Shown one piece after another: positions 18,033 through 27,091 of a stretch of DNA of 64,000 bases. Below the pieces are notes generated by a model. That model worked only from the letters and a program-made list of their open reading frames with translations. It was not told the DNA's origin and searched no databases. A program made the position numbers and the translations under genes. Positions within the stretch are counted from its first letter, which is position 1. Each line of letters begins with the position of its first letter. This DNA is from Christensenella sp. UBA6094 (lineage in GTDB: Bacteria; Bacillota; Clostridia; Christensenellales; UBA6094): NCBI GenBank assembly GCA_002435915.1, contig DIWY01000002.1:86006-150005 (forward strand). The letters run 5' to 3'.

Positions 18033-18306
18033 TAGGGACGCTGTCGTATTTGTGAGGGTTTCACCCTCACACTCCCACTTCTTTTCTTAAAGAAAAGAAG
18101 GAAAAGATATGTATAGTGTTTATTGTTGCTTGTTGAAAAATTCTCTAGCTTAAACAGGACTAAAGGCAAGTATACAGAAAGGACGAAACGGCTATTGATA
18201 TTATTTCTATTCATCGATCCAACAGGATGTTGGTCAATCCAACGGAACGTTGGCCGGTCCAGCAGGATGCTGGCCTTTTGCAGAGGTATGGAGACGGAGT
18301 CTCCAT
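18033..18306 (-). repeat. Family-1 multi-hairpin repeat, variant with alternative hairpin modules
   Basis: It has the same leader (TAGGGACGCTGTCGTATTT) as the preceding copy, then GTGAGGGTTTCACCCTCAC and module C. Module B is replaced by CCAACAGGATGTTGG (18219-18233), CCAACGGAACGTTGG (18239-18253) and a GGTCCAGC..GCTGGCC hairpin. It ends with GGAGAC-GGA-GTCTCC. Confidence 0.75.
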
Positions 18307-18508
18307 AGGCTTGCTTGTGACGGCTAAAGTGTTTTGGGGACGGAGCTCCCATATAATATAACAAACAAAAAAAGCAGCATGTTAGCCGCTCCTATCAAAT
18401 AACCATAAATATTAGGTGCTCAGAGTCTTTGTGAAAAGCATAAATAACAAACGCAGTAAGGAAAAAACCTCTGTGGATGCATTTTTATATTAAATTCTGT
18501 TAGTGCCC

Positions 18509-18712
18509 TTAATGTCGTCCACTTAAAACGCCGCTAATCCCAACCTCAAAGAATTCGCCCAATTTTTCAAGAGTTTCAATATCGGGTGTAGTTTTATTTC
18601 TTTCCCAATTTGAGATTGCTTGCCTTGTGACATGCAATTTATTGGCTAATTCTAATTGGGACCAGTTCTTGCTCTTTCTTAGACGAATTATGTTTTCGCC
18701 AAGTGTAGTCAT
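18509..18712 (-). CDS. XRE-family helix-turn-helix transcriptional regulator (small)
   Basis: ORF trimmed to MTTLGENIIRLRKSKNWSQLELA..., a typical HTH_3 domain of about 67 aa. Confidence 0.7.
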   Translation of the reverse strand: MTTLGENIIRLRKSKNWSQLELANKLHVTRQAISNWERNKTTPDIETLEKLGEFFEVGISGVLSGRH

Positions 18713-18928
18713 TTTAATAAAACACACCTCCCATATTTAAAGAATAACAAAACGGTAACAGGGTTTCCACATATAGTTAACATAACAGCGCAACAATTTG
18801 TTGCTTTTTTAGTTTGGTATTTAAACAATAAAGTTATACTAATAAAAAAAGTAGAAATGGCAAATAGCCACTTCTAATAAAATACTATATAAAAAATGAG
18901 ATTAACCAGTGAGAACGCTGGCTTTTTT

Positions 18929-19003
18929 TGGGATGCTGTTATTTGTGAGGGGTTTACCCTCACACTCACACTTCTTTTCTTAAAGAATAGAAGGAAAAGA
19001 TAT
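18929..19003 (-). repeat. Family-1 multi-hairpin repeat, partial and decayed (modules D and C)
   Basis: GGGATGCTGTTATTT-GTGAGGGGTTTACCCTCAC followed by CTTCTTTTCTTAAAGAATAGAAG, which has one arm mismatch. Confidence 0.7.
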
Positions 19004-19020
19004 ATATGGATTAATTGATA

Positions 19021-19086
19021 TTGACAAAACATATATGATAGAACATAATTATATCGTGGCACGATATTATCAGCACACGATATAAT
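19021..19086 (+). promoter_or_regulatory. Promoter with palindromic operator upstream of the MarR gene
   Basis: TTGACA at 19021-19026, a 17-nt spacer, and CATAAT at 19044-19049. A 17-bp palindrome ATATCGTG-G-CACGATAT follows at 19051-19067, with a third half-site CACGATAT at 19076-19083. Confidence 0.5.
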
Positions 19087-19100
19087 TTAGGAGGTGTCTT

Positions 19101-19598
19101 ATGAAAAATAAAGAAATAATTAAATTGATTATGGAAAATCAGAAAAAAGCAGACATGATAGTCCATGAAAATTATCATTCACTGACGCAAAAATATGACT
19201 TGAGTCTTGATCAGTTTCATCTATTATTAGAGCTCGATGAACTAATGCTAGATTTGGAAAACGAAACTCAAGCGCCTACGATAGGAGCTATTGCCAAAAA
19301 TGTAAATGTATCGCAAAATACAGTATCAGAGAGGATAACGAGGCTTGAAAAAAAAGAGCTTGTTCAACGTATTGAGGATAATAAGGATAGGCGAGTAAGC
19401 CACGTTGTTTTGACTAAAAAAGGCAAAGAGTTATTGAAGTCGATCAACAAAGAAGCTGAGACAGATTTTGTAAAAACTGCTCTTTCAAGAATGACAGTAG
19501 ATGAATTAAAAGATTTTCTTAGGTGCTATGAAAAATTAATTTATAATATGTCGTTTATTAATAAAACCGATAAGGGAGATGTTGAATGTGGAAAATGA
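19101..19598 (+). CDS. MarR-family transcriptional regulator
   Basis: 165 aa with a winged HTH (VSQNTVSERITRLEKKELVQRIEDNKDRRV). Confidence 0.85.
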   Translation: MKNKEIIKLIMENQKKADMIVHENYHSLTQKYDLSLDQFHLLLELDELMLDLENETQAPTIGAIAKNVNVSQNTVSERITRLEKKELVQRIEDNKDRRVSHVVLTKKGKELLKSINKEAETDFVKTALSRMTVDELKDFLRCYEKLIYNMSFINKTDKGDVECGK

Positions 19599-20217
19599 AA
19601 AAATTACAGATTATATAGATCAGCTATACGAAAAAAAAGCATTCGTAAAGAAAGAAAGCTTTACATCTTATATGCAGCTTAAGAAATATATACCTACAGT
19701 AAACGATCAGGAGGCTTGTTTTCTAAGGCTACTGATACGACTCATTAAGCCCCGAAAAATACTTGAAATAGGAACAAGCGTAGGGTTTTCCACTGCGTCG
19801 ATGGCTCTTGCTGCAAAAGAATACGGAGGAAGAATAACCACTATAGAATTTGATGATAAAGCGGCAGATCAGGCCGAAAGAAATTTTATAAAAACTGGAG
19901 TATCAGATTATATCAATATTTTAAAAGGAGATGCTGTAAAGATCCTACATGACCTTAATGATACTTATGATCTTATATTTCAGGACGTTGATAAAAGATT
20001 ATATCCTGTACTGCTTGATGATTGCATAAGACTGCTAAATAAAAATGGAGTGCTATTGTCTGACGATGTTTTATTCCCTGTCATAGAGCTTGATGAGATA
20101 TGGAACAATCAAATAGAACCGATAAGTGAGTATAATAAAAAAATCATTAGCCACTCTCAGCTTGAAAGCGTTCTTCTACCTATTGGTGACGGGATAATGA
20201 TGTCTGTCAAAAAATAA
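19579..20217 (+). CDS. Class I SAM-dependent O-methyltransferase (caffeoyl-CoA OMT / YrrM-like)
   Basis: 212 aa with the SAM motif ILEIGTSVGFS and a DVDK acidic motif. The start is uncertain; the GTG at 19588 has better spacing to AAGGGAG. Confidence 0.8.
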   Translation: MLNVENEKITDYIDQLYEKKAFVKKESFTSYMQLKKYIPTVNDQEACFLRLLIRLIKPRKILEIGTSVGFSTASMALAAKEYGGRITTIEFDDKAADQAERNFIKTGVSDYINILKGDAVKILHDLNDTYDLIFQDVDKRLYPVLLDDCIRLLNKNGVLLSDDVLFPVIELDEIWNNQIEPISEYNKKIISHSQLESVLLPIGDGIMMSVKK

Positions 20218-20280
20218 AACCACTTAATTCTGCAAAGAACTAAAGCGGTTTTCAATTAATTTTTTATCTATACAATTCGA

Positions 20281-20336
20281 ATCTTTTGTTTCTTTTCTTT
20301 AAGAAAAGAAACAGAGGTATGGAGACGGAGTCTCCA
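20281..20336 (+). repeat. Family-1 multi-hairpin repeat, partial (modules C and D)
   Basis: ATCTTTTG-TTTCTTTTCTTTAAGAAAAGAAA-CAGAGGTA-TGGAGACGGAGTCTCCA. The palindrome arms changed C>T and G>A together. It lies just downstream of the rsmA stop. Confidence 0.8.
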
Positions 20337-20344
20337 TGTAATCT

Positions 20345-21202
20345 TTATATAGTTTTACCTAAAACAATACTCAGATCTGCGAACTTTTGCGGTGGGAGAG
20401 CTTCGGCTCTTAGTTTTGGGTCTATGCCAGCCGCTTCGAGCACGGCTGTAGCGGATTCTCTATCTAACTGGAACGGTCCATTTGTTAGATTGTTCAGTAT
20501 CGTCTTGCGTCTCATGGCAAAGCAACAACGGACAGCTTTATCAAAATAGCGTTCGTCTATTTGAAACTCTGGCTTATCTAAAAGTGAAATACGGATAACA
20601 CTTGAATTGATTTTCGGCTGTGGGTAGAAGCAGGTTGGAGGAACATTGAACAGCTTTTCTACTTTCGCATAAAGACTGATTGCGATTGTTAGCGAGCCAT
20701 ACGCTTTTGTGCCTGGTTTAGCGCTCATTCTGTCCGCAACTTCTTCCTGCACCATAATGACGATATCATCTATACAGTCTTTCTGTTTAAGAAGCGACAT
20801 AATAATAGGCGTTGAGATGTAGTAGGGTAGGTTTGCACAGACACTGTATTTCTGCCCTTCAAAAAACGTCTTTTGCAGAGCCTCAAGGTCTGACTCTAAA
20901 ACATCCTCGTGCATAATCTGCACATTTTCATAGGTAGCAAGTAGCTCTTGCAGTAGCTTGACCATGCCACTGTCTATCTCTATAAGCGCAAGCTTATCTG
21001 CATGCTTGGCTAAATAAAGTGACATTGCACCAGCGCCAGGTCCTATTTCAAGTATGTTTTTCGTATCACCCGAAAGAGCCGAATCGGCAATGTTTTGCAC
21101 GACGTTATTATCTATAAGGAAATTCTGCCCGAGCCTTTTGTTCGGGCTAAGATTGTTTTTGCGTAGTGATTTTATAAGATCTGTAGGCGAAGTTGGTTGC
21201 AT
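20345..21202 (-). CDS. rsmA: 16S rRNA (adenine1518/1519-N6)-dimethyltransferase RsmA (KsgA)
   Basis: ORF 20345..21391 trimmed to MQPTSPTDLI... with AAGGAAG upstream. It contains LGQNFL and EIGPGAGA motifs. Confidence 0.9.
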   Translation of the reverse strand: MQPTSPTDLIKSLRKNNLSPNKRLGQNFLIDNNVVQNIADSALSGDTKNILEIGPGAGAMSLYLAKHADKLALIEIDSGMVKLLQELLATYENVQIMHEDVLESDLEALQKTFFEGQKYSVCANLPYYISTPIIMSLLKQKDCIDDIVIMVQEEVADRMSAKPGTKAYGSLTIAISLYAKVEKLFNVPPTCFYPQPKINSSVIRISLLDKPEFQIDERYFDKAVRCCFAMRRKTILNNLTNGPFQLDRESATAVLEAAGIDPKLRAEALPPQKFADLSIVLGKTI

Positions 21203-21498
21203 ATTTGTTTCTTCCTTTGCATGCGAATTTTGCTGCTTGTACCTAGTATACAGAAATACTGTGGTTTTTAAAAGGTAAAGTGTTTTACTTAAGAAATAAT
21301 GATGAAAATGGCGTGTGAAAAGAGCAAAATTAAGTCGAATATACTTAGTATAATCAAACACTGAAAATTTAATTATAAAAATACCGTCCAAAAGGCTTTA
21401 TTACCTGAGTAAAGTACTTATTTTTATTTTTTTCAAAAGATGCTATAATAAATTAAATATGTCTATCATAAAATACAAAAATTGAGTGTGGTGAAGTT

Positions 21499-22659
21499 AT
21501 GTACTACAGGCAGGACAAGAAGAGAAAACGCAAAAAAACACAAAGCTCATTTTATTTGCCATTTGATCTACCCAACATACCGTTTAAGCTGATAGGAATG
21601 GTTCTTTTAGCTTTGGTCGTTATTGCAGGTGGTTATTGGTATTTCACCAAGAACAAAACTTCAAGTCTTGATGGTAGTATTAAGTCAGCTCCTTTTGCCA
21701 GCTCTGATCTATATTCTGCTGGAGATAACAACGTATTTTATATTAAAGATGGCACATTACATGTTCTTGATTCGAATTTGTCCGAGAAGACTAGCGTTCA
21801 GCTAACCGTTAAGGGCGAGGATTTAGAAATCACAAGCGTTGAGAATGTCTGCATAGCTTACAACAGCTCATACGTTCAGGTGCTAAATACTGGCGGTTCT
21901 TCTTTGTTTTTAAAAGAATTTAATAGTGATGTTGACACAGTTCATGCTTCAAAAAGCTATGTTGGCGTACTAAGAAACTACGACTCAGAAAAGAAACAAA
22001 CGACAATAAATATATACGATTATACTGGCAAAGAAGTAGATAAAGTAACGCTTAGTAACCAGTATGTGTTCAATTTTGGATTCTCCGAAGAAGCAACGAA
22101 TATGTGGATACTTGCTATAGATACATCTAGCGCAACTCCGATATCTAAAATAACTAACTACAACATAAAAGATAAAACAACAACAGGCGTTGTGCCTGTA
22201 TCTGGGCAGATAATAAGCAATGTACGCCTAACAAGCAAAGAGTTTTATATGATAGGCCAGACGCACTCAATGTGCTATTCGTATATTGGTGATCAGGTTG
22301 AAAGCAAGACGTTCCTCATATACGGCTTTAAGTATTTGGATTCGGACTTTAGTAGCAAAGGCGCTTTTGCCGCTGTGTTTGCACCCAATACTAGCACGAC
22401 TTACTCTAATCTTAGGATTTTAAACGGGGCCGCTACGCCAGTGAACATTCAGCTTCCACCATCGGTAACGGATGCGTGCATATATGGCGATAATATATTT
22501 GTCTTTGCTGGCAAAACGATTTACAAATACAGTTTATCCGGCAGCAAGACTGCAACCTATGACATGAAATATGACATAACCAATGCAAAGAGAATTGGGG
22601 ATTCACCTTTTATACTTCTTGAAACATCAGAGGGAGTTAAGGTATTAAATGCGAAATAA
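21499..22659 (+). CDS. Hypothetical membrane-anchored protein
   Basis: 386 aa with a basic N-terminus, one TM segment (IGMVLLALVVIAGGYWYF) and a beta-rich extracytoplasmic body. I recognise no family. Confidence 0.6.
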   Translation: MYYRQDKKRKRKKTQSSFYLPFDLPNIPFKLIGMVLLALVVIAGGYWYFTKNKTSSLDGSIKSAPFASSDLYSAGDNNVFYIKDGTLHVLDSNLSEKTSVQLTVKGEDLEITSVENVCIAYNSSYVQVLNTGGSSLFLKEFNSDVDTVHASKSYVGVLRNYDSEKKQTTINIYDYTGKEVDKVTLSNQYVFNFGFSEEATNMWILAIDTSSATPISKITNYNIKDKTTTGVVPVSGQIISNVRLTSKEFYMIGQTHSMCYSYIGDQVESKTFLIYGFKYLDSDFSSKGAFAAVFAPNTSTTYSNLRILNGAATPVNIQLPPSVTDACIYGDNIFVFAGKTIYKYSLSGSKTATYDMKYDITNAKRIGDSPFILLETSEGVKVLNAK

Positions 22660-22685
22660 CGCAGATTTTACTCGGGGGGACTTAA

Positions 22686-23390
22686 ATGAACATAATTGAC
22701 ATTGCGATACTTGTAATACTGTTTGCTTTTGTAATAATGGGGCTCTATCAAGGGTTTACTGTTTCTATACTTAGCACTATTTCCTATATACTATCGTGGG
22801 TGCTGGCTTGGCTTTTCTACCCAGTACTTGCTGGGATATTCAAAAGCGGTGGAGTATATACAGCTATACTTAATCTTTCAGACGGCGCTCAAAGATTATC
22901 CAGCATAGATCTTTCCAAAACACCTATAGCAAGTCTTGATACATCGCAAATCACTCAGCTATTAAGTAGTGCTAAACTGCCTGAACCTTTTAACTCGGCG
23001 CTATCAAGTAATATACAGTCTGCGGCATTAAGCTCGCAGAACCTTACAACTGTTGGTGATTATTTCAACAGCACAATAGCAATGGTGCTAACAAACATAC
23101 TGTGCTTTATAATAATATTCATTGTGCTTCGCATAATATTTTCTATAATAATCAGTGCTACAAAGTACGTTGTAAGATTGCCAGTACTAAAGCAAACGGA
23201 TACATTGCTGGGCGGTGCTTTCGGGTTTGTCCGCGGTGCATTGTTCCTGTTTATAATATTTATGCTTGTACCTGTGTTCCTTGCAATGTTCCCAATCGAC
23301 AAGGTTCAAGTACTGGTGGACACGTCCGTTTTTGCAAAAATATTCTATAGTGGCAATTTGTTTTTATCGTTAATTCGACCAATTATCTAA
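22686..23390 (+). CDS. cvpA: CvpA-family membrane protein
   Basis: 234 aa. The N-terminal MNIIDIAILVILFAFVIMGLYQGF and the four-TM layout are typical of colicin V production protein family members. Confidence 0.7.
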   Translation: MNIIDIAILVILFAFVIMGLYQGFTVSILSTISYILSWVLAWLFYPVLAGIFKSGGVYTAILNLSDGAQRLSSIDLSKTPIASLDTSQITQLLSSAKLPEPFNSALSSNIQSAALSSQNLTTVGDYFNSTIAMVLTNILCFIIIFIVLRIIFSIIISATKYVVRLPVLKQTDTLLGGAFGFVRGALFLFIIFMLVPVFLAMFPIDKVQVLVDTSVFAKIFYSGNLFLSLIRPII

Positions 23391-23659
23391 AGAAAGGACA
23401 AATCCGCTTATTTTCTGGGAAATATAGCGCCTATACTTTATTATTTAGCAAATGCGTAATATAACAGCTAAATAATAGCAGTATCTGCGCTTTTGTTATT
23501 ATATATAAAAAAATATTAAGTTTTTTAATAGAAACACCAAAAATATTGAAAGTCACAACGAAATTGTATAATATAGACAACAGCTGAACACGTTCGCAGC
23601 ATGGTGAGCGTTATATTATATAAGCTGGTTAGGACCTTTACATAAGAAGAGGTAACATA

Positions 23660-24694
23660 ATGACCATAATAAAAAGGTATGATGAAAAAGACGCAATAGA
23701 GCAAGCTGCACAGATATTAAAAAGTGGTGGGCTTGTTGCTTTCCCGACAGAAACGGTTTACGGGCTGGGAGCTAATGCACTAGACGGATCTGCTTGCAAA
23801 AAGATATTTGTAGCAAAAGGCAGACCGCAGGATAATCCACTTATCGTTCATGTTAGCGATTACGACATGCTTAAGGACATAGTAAAGAGCATACCAAATG
23901 GCGCAAAAGAGTTAATGGATGCGTTTTGGCCAGGACCGCTTACAATCGTATTCGAAAAAAGCGAAACGATCGCAGACGCAGTAAGTGCAGGGCTTAGCAC
24001 TGTTGCAGTACGCATGCCGAGTGATCCAGTTGCTCTTGAAATCATAGCAAAAAGCGGAGTGCCGATAGCTGCACCTAGTGCAAACAGATCTAAAAGGCCG
24101 TCACCGACAAAAGCACAACATGTTGTACATGATCTTGATGGGCGTGTAGACATGATAGTTACTGGTGAAGATTGTCAAGTTGGGCTAGAATCCACGGTTA
24201 TTGCAATTGAGGGTAGGCAGGTTACGATACTAAGGCCTGGTGCCGTCACAAAAGAAGATATTGAGAGCATATTATCAAATGTTAAAGTAGATAGAGCTGT
24301 TTTACATGAATATAGTGGTGGCAAAGTGGCTTCACCTGGCATGAAGCACACACACTATGCACCAAACGCAGAGGTTTATGTCATAAGCTATGACAGTGAT
24401 GCAAGTGTTATGGCGCAAAAAGTTAGTAGGTATTTAAAACAATACAAAGAGTTTGGCAAGAAATGTGTTGCGCTTGTTTCAAAAGAAACGGCAGAGTATC
24501 TTGGAGGAGAAAAACTATATATTCTTGGCTCAAGAGAAGACGAAAACGAAATGGCGAAGGAATATTATTCGGCACTACTGGCTCTTGAGGGCAGTGCTGA
24601 TATCATACTCGTTGAAGCCATGCCAGAGAGTGGCATTGGTCTAGCGTATATGAACAGGGTACTACGTTCGGCATCGTTTAAGATATTAGATTAA
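23660..24694 (+). CDS. tsaC: L-threonylcarbamoyladenylate synthase (Sua5/YwlC type)
   Basis: 344 aa with YrdC-domain motifs (FPTETVYGLGANA, KGRPQDNPLIVH, SANRS) and a C-terminal Sua5 domain. Confidence 0.9.
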   Translation: MTIIKRYDEKDAIEQAAQILKSGGLVAFPTETVYGLGANALDGSACKKIFVAKGRPQDNPLIVHVSDYDMLKDIVKSIPNGAKELMDAFWPGPLTIVFEKSETIADAVSAGLSTVAVRMPSDPVALEIIAKSGVPIAAPSANRSKRPSPTKAQHVVHDLDGRVDMIVTGEDCQVGLESTVIAIEGRQVTILRPGAVTKEDIESILSNVKVDRAVLHEYSGGKVASPGMKHTHYAPNAEVYVISYDSDASVMAQKVSRYLKQYKEFGKKCVALVSKETAEYLGGEKLYILGSREDENEMAKEYYSALLALEGSADIILVEAMPESGIGLAYMNRVLRSASFKILD

Positions 24695-24833
24695 ACAAAC
24701 GAATGTTTGCGATATTGTACTAAGGGTATATTTTATGTATAGAAAAAATAATACATAACTATATAGGAGGTTCCCTTAACAAATACCAAACAAGCATTTG
24801 AATATTTGTTTGGCGTATTCAACGGAGGTTTTT

Positions 24834-25283
24834 ATGGAAGTATTATTTATCTGCACAGGAAATACGTGCAGAAGTCCGATGGCGCAAGCCCTTTTAAGGA
24901 AGGCACTAGCTGAAAACGATATAAAAGAAGTGAAAGTATATAGCGCAGGCACATTTGCAATTCACGGTGAAGAGGCTTTGGCAAACGGAATTACAGCTAT
25001 GAAAAAGAAAGGCATTAATAATAGCGAACATAGATCAAGACGTTTAAGTGAACAAGATCTATATAATGCTGATTATGTATTTGTCATGGATGAGCACAAC
25101 TATGAATACATAGAAGTGAAATATCCACAGTATCTTGGGAAAACGCATATGCTAAGTCAATATGCTGGGCTAGGTGATACTATACCGGATCCGTATCACA
25201 TGGAACAATCGGTATATGACAGCTGTGCAGACACGCTTGAGCAGTGTATTGATGTTATAGTAAAAAAACTAAAGAATAGATAA
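24834..25283 (+). CDS. Low-molecular-weight protein tyrosine/arginine phosphatase (YwlE-like)
   Basis: Trimmed to MEVLFICTGNTCRSPMA, which carries the CX5R P-loop, with GGAGG upstream. It follows tsaC as ywlE follows ywlC in Bacillus. Confidence 0.85.
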   Translation: MEVLFICTGNTCRSPMAQALLRKALAENDIKEVKVYSAGTFAIHGEEALANGITAMKKKGINNSEHRSRRLSEQDLYNADYVFVMDEHNYEYIEVKYPQYLGKTHMLSQYAGLGDTIPDPYHMEQSVYDSCADTLEQCIDVIVKKLKNR

Positions 25284-25353
25284 TTTGTGATGTGTAAACC
25301 TCCCAAAAATTGGACATACTGATTGTATAAATCCAAAATTGGGAGGTTTTATT

Positions 25354-25509
25354 ATGAACCTAAGTTACAGAAGTATTGTGGGGCCACTTATGGGAATGGC
25401 CTTGGCGAGCGTTATTGTTATTCTATTTCCTGTTGCCGTTCTTTATTTTTTCACGGCTATAGTGACACTATTAGTTCTTGTTGCGATGTATAACGAGAGT
25501 AGAAGATAA
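25354..25509 (+). CDS. Possible small hydrophobic protein (51 aa)
   Basis: Not in the ORF track. GGGAGG lies 7 nt before the ATG. The sequence MNLSYRSIVGPLMGMALASVIVILFPVAVLYFFTAIVTLLVLVAMYNESRR suggests two TM segments. No homology support. Confidence 0.35.
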   Translation: MNLSYRSIVGPLMGMALASVIVILFPVAVLYFFTAIVTLLVLVAMYNESRR

Positions 25510-25574
25510 TAATTGCTTGTATTAGGGCTTGCAGGGCACATTTGAGGGGGAATAGTGCGTTGCAAGCTTTTTTA

Positions 25575-26040
25575 TTTGTGAAGGTTTTTGTGGCTGGAGT
25601 TAGGGGTTGGCTCCGCAAGCGTCGCTGAAGTGTCTCTGTAAGTGAATTTAGAGCGTCCCTGTGAGAGCCGTTGGAGGCAGTGCATAAGCGTTGTGCGTTT
25701 ACTTGATGCTGCGTATCTAAGTTCGCTCTCTTCGTACTTTTTTAGAAAAAGTACCAAAAATCGCCGACCACGCTACATCCGAAAAATGCAATTCCAAACG
25801 CTCGCGCTGGTTTTATAAATCGCCTTTAAGTTTGCTACAGCTCGGCTTATAAGTTTGCAAAAAGCAAAGCTTGTTGTTTTCTTCCATGCTACAGTTTTTA
25901 ACAGGAGACTTAAAGGCTCTATAAAACATTTTATCGCTCGCGTAGGCAGGTCGCATTTTTCTTCTTCCGCTTGAGGTCGGCTTCTTTTTTGGGTAGAGCT
26001 TTGGAGTGGAATTTGAGGAGCAGGAAACAAGGCTTTAAGG
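25575..26040 (+). repeat. Family-2 composite repeat, copy A (short arrays plus a core of about 310 bp at 25682-25992)
   Basis: The core aligns by eye along its length with 30881-31192 and 45255-45566. Short G/T-rich CTTTG-type units flank it on both sides. Confidence 0.85.
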
Positions 26041-26044
26041 GTAT

Positions 26045-26072
26045 TAAAAAAGCCAAGAGGTGGTCTTGGCTT
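26045..26072 (-). terminator. Rho-independent terminator after the dnaI-like gene
   Basis: On the minus strand GCCAAGA-CCACC-TCTTGGC is followed by a run of six T. Confidence 0.7.
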
Positions 26073-26131
26073 TTGCTAGAGTATATTTAGTTATTTATTA
26101 AGATGCCAAAGGAGTATTTGTAAAAAACAAG

Positions 26132-27088
26132 CTATGCTTGGTGGCGGAGGTCTTGACCTCTTAGTTCGAGAATATAAGTGCTTTTTTGATCGGTTAGGCG
26201 TGAAAAGATTCTGTCGCCATAGCGCTCTTGCAGTTCATTTAGCCCGAGGTTAGTCGAGTAGAGCGTGTGCATATTGTTTGCAGTGCGCTCATTTATAATC
26301 GAAAACAGATGCTCAACTGTAACGTTTTTAATAAACGGCTCGCTACCAAGATCGTCTATTATAAGAAGATCAGCAGTGAAAAACTGTTCTTTGTCGTTTG
26401 TTTTGGCTTGGTTTTTAAATGATGCTAAAAGTCTATCGACCATATTATACGCAGTAGTTTTCAAAACGGTATAACGATTATTCAGCACTTCTTTAGCGAC
26501 TGAATTTAGCAAAAATGATTTACCAAGACCAGTTTTGCCTATAAGCAGAATGTTTCGTTTTTCAGTGTTTGGGAACGACTCTGCGTATTTTTTGCAGACG
26601 TTTTTGATTTTCACGGTGTGCTGGCGCTGGTTTGTTTTCCCTATAGGTGTTTTGGGGATGATTTGCTCGTTAAACGTTTCAAAGCTTTCGCCCGTGTCTT
26701 TCATACCACTACGTTCTATCAGCGCTTCTATGTATTTTTGCTTTAGGCACGAACACATTTGACCGTTTATATAGCCTGTATCGCCGCAAGCGTCGCAGTC
26801 AAAGTGAGGAGCTATTGCATCTGGGTAGATGTTTTTTTCTTTTTGGAGTGCGTTGATTTTATTTTCAAGAGCATCTATCTCGCTTTCAAGGCGAGCCTGC
26901 TCGGGTGCATTACCATTAAGCTGAGCGAACCCGTGCGCAAAGAAAAGCTCTGTTTGAGCGTCGCATAGTTTAAACAGCTCATCATCAGAAACTATTAAAT
27001 CAGACCGCATTTTTTCTGCGTCTTTTATAGCGGCCTCTCGTTTGAGTCTATATTCAACAAGTAGCGCATTTAATATATCTCGGTTCAT
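26132..27088 (-). CDS. dnaI: DnaI/DnaC-like helicase loader ATPase
   Basis: 318 aa with an N-terminal Zn-ribbon-like CDACGDTGY..C motif and an AAA+ Walker A GKTGLGKSFL and Walker B LLIIDDLG. It sits directly downstream of a DnaD/DnaB-domain gene. Confidence 0.8.
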   Translation of the reverse strand: MNRDILNALLVEYRLKREAAIKDAEKMRSDLIVSDDELFKLCDAQTELFFAHGFAQLNGNAPEQARLESEIDALENKINALQKEKNIYPDAIAPHFDCDACGDTGYINGQMCSCLKQKYIEALIERSGMKDTGESFETFNEQIIPKTPIGKTNQRQHTVKIKNVCKKYAESFPNTEKRNILLIGKTGLGKSFLLNSVAKEVLNNRYTVLKTTAYNMVDRLLASFKNQAKTNDKEQFFTADLLIIDDLGSEPFIKNVTVEHLFSIINERTANNMHTLYSTNLGLNELQERYGDRIFSRLTDQKSTYILELRGQDLRHQA

Positions 27089-27091
27089 CTA

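Noticed and set aside
23546-23572. A TTGAAA-15-TATAAT promoter upstream of tsaC
   Set aside because: The hexamers are good but the spacer is only 15 nt. The site is too weak to report as a feature without TSS data.
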